Virus record (IMG/VR): IMGVR_UViG_3300001765_000035
Span: 16,012-80,011 of that record
Origin: a virus
Lineage: Duplodnaviria > Heunggongvirae > Uroviricota > Caudoviricetes
Direction: 5' to 3' (one strand)
Length of the DNA: 64,000 nt
Positions 57,066 to 64,000 of this stretch are shown one piece after another. A program made the translations under genes and the position numbers. The first letter of the stretch is position 1. Each line of letters starts with the position of its first letter. Below the pieces are notes generated by a model. The model saw nothing but the letters and a program-made list of their open reading frames with translations, searched no databases and was not told the origin of the DNA.

Positions 57066-57156
57066 GGAAAATAAAACTAATAGGTGTTAGTGTCTCCCTG
57101 CTAAGGAGTTCGTGGGATTCCCGTCTCATACGGTTCGATACCGTTGTTTTCCTCCA
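57066..57156 (+). tRNA. tRNA-Ser (GCU), type II (91 nt)
   Basis: Acceptor ggaaaat/gttttcc, anticodon arm ctcc-cTGCTAa-ggag, long variable stem-loop (ggg att ccc), T-loop TTCGATA, CCA. Confidence 0.65.
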
Positions 57157-57213
57157 CACTATTTACATATACCCATAAATATGCTATAATAATATTTTAC
57201 ATAAGGATAAACA

Positions 57214-57759
57214 ATGAAACGAAGAAATTTTATAAAGACCGTAGCTGTATCAGGATTATTAACAATACCACTGTTTGCTAGAGGTAGACAAAGATCTACT
57301 ACTCCTACTATTACTGAGGTACATAAGAATGAACTACTTTATATATACCAAGAAGAGAAAGTTGCTAGAGATGTATACATCACGCTAGGTAAACTTTACC
57401 CAGGAGAAGGAACGTTTGCTAGTATACAACTATCTGAACAGAGACACATAGATGCCGTACAAGGACTATGCGAAAAGTATAGAGTAGATATATCAAAGGT
57501 TAATGAACTACAAGTAGGTAACTTTGTTATACCTGAACTACAAGATGCTTATGACACATTCATTAGTTTAGGTAAAGAAACTTTAATAGATGCTTTACAG
57601 GTAGGTAAAGAAATTGAAATGATGGACATCATTGATTTAGATAAAGCTATGACTATGTTCATTGGGTTCAATGATGTACAGAATGTATTTGGTAATCTTA
57701 AAGAAGGTAGTTTAAATCACCTTGATGCGTTTAATAATGCAATAACTAGATTAGTATAA
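57214..57759 (+). CDS. Tat-signal secreted protein, ferritin-like DUF2202-type
   Basis: Twin-arginine signal MKRRNFIKTVAVSGLLTIPLFA. Motifs EEKVARDVY and SEQRHIDAV resemble the DUF2202 ferritin-like family, recalled from memory and not searched. Confidence 0.45.
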   Translation: MKRRNFIKTVAVSGLLTIPLFARGRQRSTTPTITEVHKNELLYIYQEEKVARDVYITLGKLYPGEGTFASIQLSEQRHIDAVQGLCEKYRVDISKVNELQVGNFVIPELQDAYDTFISLGKETLIDALQVGKEIEMMDIIDLDKAMTMFIGFNDVQNVFGNLKEGSLNHLDAFNNAITRLV

Positions 57760-57763
57760 TACT

Positions 57764-58114
57764 ATGTATCAATACGAATTAAAAGAGATTGTTAAGATAT
57801 ATGATGCTGATACTATTACTGTAGTAGTAGATCTAGGATTTGGTGTAACTAAAGAAGAAGTCTTTAGGCTTATGTTTATTAATGCACCTGAAGTAAAAGG
57901 TATAGAGAAAGAAGCCGGTATAGTATCTAGAGACTGGCTTAGAACTAAACTATATACAGCGGTAGAAGATGGTTTAGATATTACTATTAATTCCTTTAGA
58001 GATACTAAAGAAAAATACGGTAGATACTTAGCTGAAATTTTTATTGAAGGTGAACAGGTATCTATCAACCAACAGCTTGTAGATGCAGGACTAGCAGTAC
58101 TTAAGGAGTACTAA
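57764..58114 (+). CDS. staphylococcal-nuclease-like (thermonuclease family) protein
   Basis: RLMFINAPEVKG matches the SNase R..GIDAPE motif; 116 aa. Confidence 0.5.
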   Translation: MYQYELKEIVKIYDADTITVVVDLGFGVTKEEVFRLMFINAPEVKGIEKEAGIVSRDWLRTKLYTAVEDGLDITINSFRDTKEKYGRYLAEIFIEGEQVSINQQLVDAGLAVLKEY

Positions 58115-58154
58115 TGTATACTCCTTTTATAAAATAAAATAAGAGGAACTATAT

Positions 58155-58775
58155 ATGGTAATAGTTTGCATATCCGATACACACGAAAAGTTAATAGAAG
58201 ATATTCCTGATGGTGATATACTAATACACGCTGGAGACTTTACTATAAGTAGGAATTCAATCAATGCTGCATATGCACTTAATGACTGGTTTAAAACACT
58301 TCCTCATAAACATAAGATACTAGTACCTGGTAACCATGATTGGTGCTTCGTAGATGATGAAGTATTCGCTAGAGAAATATTTACAGAGGCCATAGTGTTA
58401 ATCAATGAAGAAATTATTATTGAGGGTGTAAAATTTTACGGTACTCCTGATCAACCTATATTCTATAACTGGGCTTTTAATAAAACTACAGAAGAGTTAG
58501 TTAAATCTTTTGATAACATTCCTGAAGATACTGCTGTACTTATTACCCATACACCACCATTCGGAATACTAGACGTAAGTTCACATAGTAATAAACATGT
58601 AGGTTCTGGAGTATTGTTAAATAAGGTATTAGAAGTAAAGCCTAAGTTTCATATATTTGGACATATACACGAAGGTTATGGTGTATTAACCGATAAAGAA
58701 ACTACATATATAAATGCTTCATTGTTAGATGATAGATATAGACAAGTCAATAAGGCTATAACTATAGAAGTGTAG
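58155..58775 (+). CDS. calcineurin-like metallophosphoesterase
   Basis: DTHE, GDF, GNHD, HTPP, GHIHEG motifs in order. Confidence 0.65.
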   Translation: MVIVCISDTHEKLIEDIPDGDILIHAGDFTISRNSINAAYALNDWFKTLPHKHKILVPGNHDWCFVDDEVFAREIFTEAIVLINEEIIIEGVKFYGTPDQPIFYNWAFNKTTEELVKSFDNIPEDTAVLITHTPPFGILDVSSHSNKHVGSGVLLNKVLEVKPKFHIFGHIHEGYGVLTDKETTYINASLLDDRYRQVNKAITIEV

Positions 58776-58851
58776 AAGACTTAAAGTTTTATTAAGTGGA
58801 TATTAATATGTTTTATAGTAATATTACTAACTATTAAAACAAGGAAGTTAG

Positions 58852-60024
58852 ATGGCTATAATCGATTCAGTATCAAGAGAAGACCTAAAAGCGCTCAAGG
58901 AAATATTAGAAACTCCAACGAGCAAACTACCTGAAGGACCAACAGGTAAAATAACTAAAGGTAAAAGACTACAAGTGTTTTGTACCCGATATAAAGTAAA
59001 CGATTGGTACTTCTACAAAAACAAAAATAAAATCACAGACTTATTGAATGGTATAGTATCTGCTCAACCTACTGTAATTGGAACATCAACCTTGTTAGAT
59101 AAGGAAGGTAATGTTAAACTACAATGGGTAAAAGAGAAAGCTAGTGATAAAGCAGCAGCTGTACAAGAAGCTATTGATGAGATACTAGGTTCAGTAGAAT
59201 CAAGATATACTCCTGTAAAAAAAGATAAACACGTAAGTATTGAGGATAAGATAACTCTGTATATATCTAATGATGTACACTTAGGTGCTCTTATGTGGGG
59301 TGATGAAACTGGTGATAGAGATTGGGATTTATACTCAGCAGAGAAAACATTTAAAGATGCAATCAATAACCTAGTAGATCGAGCACCTGAAACAGAAGAG
59401 TGTATCGTAGTAGATCTAGGAGATTTAACTGAGATGGATGACTTCAAGAACATGACACCTAAATCAGGGCATGTACTAGATGTAGATGGAAGATATCCTA
59501 AAGTATTAAAGATGGCTATGGATTGTATGGTATACTTCGTAGAGAGAGCTTTAGAAAAACATGATACAGTAAGGTTCTATAATATTAGTGGTAACCATGA
59601 TATAACTACAGGCTACGCTATTGCTGCCTTTGTATCCGCATGGTTTAAGAATGAACCTAGAGTTATTGTAGATGAAAGTCCTGCTAAACAGAAATACTAT
59701 TTATTTGGATCTACTCTATTAGGGTTTGCACATGGTGACGGTTTACGTATGAGAGAGTCTGGTGAGGTAATGGCTATGCATAATGCTAACGTATGGCATC
59801 AAACAGTTAATAGGTATTATCACTTCGGACACGTACATAAAGATATGGTATATGATGGTAGACTATGTAAGTCTGAGAGTCATAGAAACTTAGCACCTCT
59901 AAATGCATGGGCAGCTGATAAAGGTTTTGGTAGAAACTCCGGAACTATGAAGAGTATCGTATATGATAGAAACCGTGGTGAAGATACCAGGATTACTTAT
60001 AATGTGGAGAGTGTAGATGGGTAG
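58852..60024 (+). CDS. metallophosphoesterase-domain protein (390 aa)
   Basis: C-terminal half has DLGDL, GNHD, GHVH motifs; N-terminal half unassigned. Confidence 0.45.
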   Translation: MAIIDSVSREDLKALKEILETPTSKLPEGPTGKITKGKRLQVFCTRYKVNDWYFYKNKNKITDLLNGIVSAQPTVIGTSTLLDKEGNVKLQWVKEKASDKAAAVQEAIDEILGSVESRYTPVKKDKHVSIEDKITLYISNDVHLGALMWGDETGDRDWDLYSAEKTFKDAINNLVDRAPETEECIVVDLGDLTEMDDFKNMTPKSGHVLDVDGRYPKVLKMAMDCMVYFVERALEKHDTVRFYNISGNHDITTGYAIAAFVSAWFKNEPRVIVDESPAKQKYYLFGSTLLGFAHGDGLRMRESGEVMAMHNANVWHQTVNRYYHFGHVHKDMVYDGRLCKSESHRNLAPLNAWAADKGFGRNSGTMKSIVYDRNRGEDTRITYNVESVDG

Positions 60025-60169
60025 TAAAACAACTATGAAGGTAGATACAAGTACTCATCAAAAACTACAGATAGTAAAAGGTATGATAGGTACAAAGACT
60101 TTAAGCGAGACTATAAGAGTTCTCGCTGAAGAGTATATAGCAATATGTATAGCAGAGGGTAAGAAATGA
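60017..60169 (+). CDS. small protein (50 aa), possible RHH-like regulator
   Basis: Hand-translated MGSKTTMKVDTSTHQKLQIVKGMIGTKTLSETIRVLAEEYIAICIAEGKK; ATGA overlap with next gene. Confidence 0.4.
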   Translation: MGSKTTMKVDTSTHQKLQIVKGMIGTKTLSETIRVLAEEYIAICIAEGKK

Positions 60170-60363
60170 AAATAATATTACACTATAGAAACGGTACAAA
60201 GCGTACGATAACAGCACCTCACGGAATGCGACATCCTAAAGATGGTAGTAGAGCGTATAAAGTTGTACTAGATAAAGAAGCATGGGATAGTACCTTTGTA
60301 CATAACGCAGTACTTCAGACACTAGATGTACGAGACAATGAAGGTGTAACATGTCAGGATTAG
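60166..60363 (+). CDS. hypothetical protein (65 aa)
   Basis: ORF coupled on both sides. Confidence 0.45.
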   Translation: MKIILHYRNGTKRTITAPHGMRHPKDGSRAYKVVLDKEAWDSTFVHNAVLQTLDVRDNEGVTCQD

Positions 60364-61103
60364 GTATCGTAAAAAAAGATAAGACTATTGTAAGTAAGGC
60401 AGATTTGATTAAAAGATTCCCTGCTAAGAAAGCTACTATATCAGATGAAATCGTAGATCTAATAAACGAAGTCAATACAGATCCGGAATTTAATGGTGAT
60501 GAGTTTATTGAGAACATGATGACGTATCAGAATGTTATGTATAAAAGTAGTGGTAGTATGGTAGACTATATCAATGCATTAAAGTTCTGTGCATACTTAG
60601 AAGCTGATGTAAACAATTACACAGAAGCTTATAAGAGAGCTAGAGCAAATGATCAGTTTGTAATAGAGAGAGCTAATCTACCTACGGATAGTGCTGGGTA
60701 TAAAGAGCTTACCAATGCTGCAAGTAGATATAGAAAAACTCCTATGGTAAGAGACATACTTGTACAAGCAGAACTACCTTTATATCTAATGTTTCAAGGT
60801 GGTAGATACTCTGCTGTAGCTAAACTTATGGAAGAGATGGAAACAGCTCAGTACAGTAAGGATAGAATTAGTGCAGCTAAAGCCATTCTTGAGCACGTTA
60901 AGCCGCCTGATAATATGAAGATAGAATTAGACATAGGTATCAAACAAGATAACATAATTGATCGATATGAGAATATGATCAATGAGTTAGTTCAGCACCA
61001 ACAAACACAGATAGCTAATGGTATGGATCTACATGAAGTTACTAACATGGCTATTATAAGTAGCAAGGATGTAATAGACGCAGAGATTGAGGAGAACAAA
61101 TGA
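60351..61103 (+). CDS. putative terminase small subunit (by position)
   Basis: 250-aa ORF whose stop overlaps the start of the large terminase; no motif support. Confidence 0.35.
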   Translation: MSGLGIVKKDKTIVSKADLIKRFPAKKATISDEIVDLINEVNTDPEFNGDEFIENMMTYQNVMYKSSGSMVDYINALKFCAYLEADVNNYTEAYKRARANDQFVIERANLPTDSAGYKELTNAASRYRKTPMVRDILVQAELPLYLMFQGGRYSAVAKLMEEMETAQYSKDRISAAKAILEHVKPPDNMKIELDIGIKQDNIIDRYENMINELVQHQQTQIANGMDLHEVTNMAIISSKDVIDAEIEENK

Positions 61104-62782
61104 ATGTAGAAATCATACAGGAAGGATCTCCTCATAACGTAGAGTACTACTTAAATAACATTGACTATGAGTTTAAAGGGTATATGCCAACTACAGAAGC
61201 ACTGAAGTTTGTTAACTTCATTAAAGCAGTGAATGGCGGAGAAGAAGAAAATAAAACTCCGATCATGCACCTTGTAATGATGGAGAGAGTATTTAATAAA
61301 GATCGTAGATGTGCTATTATGATTTTCCGGGGAGCTGGTAAGACTACAGTATTTGCCGAATACCTTATATTATATATGGCTGCCTTTGGTGAACTACCGG
61401 GCTTTGGTAAGGTAAACCTTATGCTATATGTAACAGACTCTATTGAGAATGGTGTAAAGAACTTAAGACGTAACGTTGAGTATAGATACCAAGAGTCAGA
61501 ATTCTTGCAGCATATAATACCTAACCAAAGTATTAAGGTAGGTACAGACGGACTTGACTATGTAGATTTAGATGTATATGAAACACAGACTGCCGGTGGA
61601 CGTAAGTTCACAGACATACGTTTAGAGTTCATGAATAACAAAGGACATAGATTAGTTGTTAAAGGTTATGGTGCACTTACAGGAGTAAGGGGCGCTAAAG
61701 AGATGGGACAACGTCCACAAGTTGCGTTACTGGATGACTTACTTAGTGATGAAGCTGCGAGAAGTGCTTCAGTAATTGAGACTATTAATAACACTATATA
61801 TAAAGCTGTATCAAAAGCATTACACCCATCTAGACAGAAAGTTGTATTTCTAGGTACACCCTTTAATGCTAATGATCCATTATACGTAGCGGTTGAATCC
61901 GGTGCATGGACCGTATCCGTATTCCCTATCTGTGAAAAGTTCCCAGTGAGCCGTGAAGAGTTCCGAGGGGCTTGGGAGGATAGATTTACCTATGACTATG
62001 TTAAAGCAGAATACGACGAAGCTATGGCCCTTCATAGGCCTGAAAACTTTAACCAGGAATTGATGCTAAGAATTATGTCTGTAGAAGATCGTCTTGTTAA
62101 AGATGATGACATAGTATGGTTCAATAGAAGAAAAGTATTAGAAGATAAATCTTCCTATAATTTTTATATAACTACAGACTTTGCTACGAGTGCTAAGAAA
62201 GGTGCAGACTTTAGTGTTATAAGTGTATGGGCTTACAATAGTAATGGTGATTGGATGTTGGTAGATGGTATATGCCAACAACAACTAATGGATCAGAACA
62301 TTAAAGACTTATTTAGATTTGTAAGTATGTATAGACCGTTGAGTGTAGGTATAGAAGTAAGTGGTCAGCAAGGTGGATTCATTAGATGGATCAATAATGA
62401 AATGATAGATAAGAATGTATACTTCAGCATGGCATCTAGTAGGAATAGTAATGAGCCTGGAATTAGACCGGCATCAGATAAACTAAGTAGGTTCAACCAA
62501 GTACTACCAATGATTAAAGCAAAGAAGGTTTGGTTTGCACTTGAAATGAAAGATACAGCTTACGGAAGAGAACTGGTAGATGAATTAATGAATGTATCTA
62601 AAAAAGGTTTTAAAAGTAAACACGATGATGTTGCAGATACTATAAGTATGTTAAGTGAAATAGAGGCGTATAAACCTACTCAAGATGTAGAAGCTGTTAC
62701 TAATGAGTTTCATGCAGACTCTGGTATATGGTCTGATTTTAACTCTGATGATGACGGAGAAAAAAACAGTACTATATTTTAG
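61100..62782 (+). CDS. terL: terminase large subunit
   Basis: N-terminal ATPase Walker A FRGAGKTT and LLDDLLSDE Walker B-like; C-terminal RNaseH-like nuclease region with acidic residues; 560 aa. Confidence 0.8.
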   Translation: MNVEIIQEGSPHNVEYYLNNIDYEFKGYMPTTEALKFVNFIKAVNGGEEENKTPIMHLVMMERVFNKDRRCAIMIFRGAGKTTVFAEYLILYMAAFGELPGFGKVNLMLYVTDSIENGVKNLRRNVEYRYQESEFLQHIIPNQSIKVGTDGLDYVDLDVYETQTAGGRKFTDIRLEFMNNKGHRLVVKGYGALTGVRGAKEMGQRPQVALLDDLLSDEAARSASVIETINNTIYKAVSKALHPSRQKVVFLGTPFNANDPLYVAVESGAWTVSVFPICEKFPVSREEFRGAWEDRFTYDYVKAEYDEAMALHRPENFNQELMLRIMSVEDRLVKDDDIVWFNRRKVLEDKSSYNFYITTDFATSAKKGADFSVISVWAYNSNGDWMLVDGICQQQLMDQNIKDLFRFVSMYRPLSVGIEVSGQQGGFIRWINNEMIDKNVYFSMASSRNSNEPGIRPASDKLSRFNQVLPMIKAKKVWFALEMKDTAYGRELVDELMNVSKKGFKSKHDDVADTISMLSEIEAYKPTQDVEAVTNEFHADSGIWSDFNSDDDGEKNSTIF

Positions 62783-62843
62783 CAAGTAAGTATATGTTAA
62801 GTAGTATTTAGATATAATAAAGCAAAAGTATAAAAGGCCTTAG

Positions 62844-63545
62844 ATGACAGTTCGTGACATTATATCATTAGCACAATCAGGCGAACTGTTACAGTTAAGC
62901 CCTACTATAAAAGATAATGACAATACTGTTGTTGCTTTTATAAATCTAGGGTTAATTGAAATATATAAAAGATTTGTACTACGTACAGATGAAGCTATAC
63001 TAACTTTAAAAGACGGTAAAACTATTTATAAATTAGACGGTACTGATAATACCACTGTTATTATAAATGGTGTTACACTTCCATGTGTTCTTATGGGAGC
63101 AAGTAGGTATATGTATATGATAGCTGCTTACGGACCAGCGCTAACTGAAAGTGATTATACAGCTACAGATGTTGTACTTCCTATTAATGAGGAAGACAAC
63201 TTAATGAGTATAAATACTATTAGTTATAATGAAGTGCAAGTACCATTAATTACTGAAGGTTCTCAGGTAAGTATTATATATGCTTCACTACCTACAAGAG
63301 TTTCTACTTCTGTTGTAGGTTGGGATTCCTTAGAACTTGATATTCCTGAACAGTTTACAGAAACACTTCTACACTATATTGGGTATAGAGGACATGGAGC
63401 TATGGACGGTAAGATAGATACTGAAAGTAATACTCATTATATGAGATTTGAAGCAAGTTGTAATAAGCTACGCGAATTAGGTGTTGGTATTACTCCTGAC
63501 GATATAAGTATGGATACACGAGTATACGATCGTGGATTTATATAA
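62844..63545 (+). CDS. hypothetical protein (233 aa)
   Basis: ORF downstream of terminase. Confidence 0.55.
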   Translation: MTVRDIISLAQSGELLQLSPTIKDNDNTVVAFINLGLIEIYKRFVLRTDEAILTLKDGKTIYKLDGTDNTTVIINGVTLPCVLMGASRYMYMIAAYGPALTESDYTATDVVLPINEEDNLMSINTISYNEVQVPLITEGSQVSIIYASLPTRVSTSVVGWDSLELDIPEQFTETLLHYIGYRGHGAMDGKIDTESNTHYMRFEASCNKLRELGVGITPDDISMDTRVYDRGFI

Positions 63546-63556
63546 TAAAGGAATAG

Positions 63557-64000
63557 TATGAGACGTAGTAGTTCTTTACATAATATAGATACACATATTG
63601 AAAGAAATATCGGTAGCGATACTTATCTAGAGGTAGCTTTAGTTGCTGATAATATAGATAGTATTGTAGTTCTTTCTGATAATATTAATACTGTAAACCA
63701 AGCAGTAACCTTATTAACTCCTACAGTATCTTCTAATATTAATTTATTAGGGCCTATACAAGATGAAATAATAGATGTTGCAAATAATATAGACAATATT
63801 ACTACAGTTAATTTAAATGCTGTAGATATAACTACTGTAGCATTAAATATTTTAAATATTAATAATGTAGAAAATAGTTTAGCAAATATTAATGCTGTAT
63901 CTTCTGCTTTAATAAGTATTGCAACAGCTAATACAAATATAGCTAATATAGATACAGTAGCTATTAATATCTTAGGTATCAATGGAATAGCTGCTAATCT
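63557..64000 (+). CDS. repeat-rich protein, 5' partial (continues beyond window)
   Basis: AAGGAATAG SD then ATG at 63557; open to the window end; low-complexity N/I/D/V repeats (NIDxI, NINxV); not in ORF track because no stop in window. Confidence 0.5.

Noticed and set aside
1209-59453. Numerous opposite-strand ORFs embedded in long genes
   Set aside because: Examples: 1209..1493, 4651..4866, 10883..11092, 14791..15093, 22098..22337, 28222..28566, 30388..30570, 31234..31470, 33293..33487, 35709..36158, 38526..38945, 41127..41447, 49095..49478, 53570..53860, 57769..58068, 59064..59453 and 60236..60517. Each is fully contained in a longer ORF on the other strand that has recognisable motifs or operon-consistent coupling. 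All are low-complexity, Ser/Leu/Cys-rich shadows.
63623-63982. Listed minus-strand ORF (119 aa)
   Set aside because: Shadow of the plus-strand repeat-rich gene starting at 63557, which has a strong SD and consistent coding direction with its neighbours. The minus frame is a low-complexity I/L/K artefact.
1-64000. CRISPR array or integrase/att prophage boundary
   Set aside because: No regularly spaced direct repeats of 25-40 bp and no tyrosine/serine recombinase motifs seen. The window looks like internal phage genome.

Overview
Phage-like, AT-rich window (roughly one-third G+C by eye; not computed), tightly packed, with many ATGA/TAATG start-stop overlaps. Positions ~1.9-52.5 kb are almost all minus-strand genes; ~53.3-64 kb are plus-strand genes. 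The two blocks meet at a structured GC-richer divergent intergenic region (52.56-53.1 kb).

Minus-strand block:
- Nucleotide metabolism: MazG-like protein, dCMP deaminase, PIN-PhoH, ClpP-like protease, class I RNR alpha/beta, ThyX.
- Replication/recombination: HU, Sak4-like ATPase, metallophosphoesterase, family-A DNA polymerase with a separately encoded DEDDy 3'-5' exonuclease, a NADAR gene between them, RuvC, Pol-beta-type nucleotidyltransferase, P-loop/primase-like protein, UvrD-like helicase.
- A compact retron-type reverse transcriptase immediately followed by a ~640 bp GC-rich, highly structured non-coding island.
- An NAD+ salvage module: NMNAT, NAMPT and a Nudix hydrolase.
- An SPFH lipoprotein, several small membrane proteins, many small Cys-rich ORFs, and 3-4 tRNAs.

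Plus-strand block: a ParB-like protein just downstream of palindromic repeats, a 12-tRNA array, a Tat-signal DUF2202-like protein, an SNase-like nuclease, two metallophosphoesterases, and the small and large terminase subunits.

Most interesting candidate: the retron-like RT plus the adjacent structured ncRNA-like island, which has a ~110-nt imperfect hairpin and six ACTAGT palindromes.
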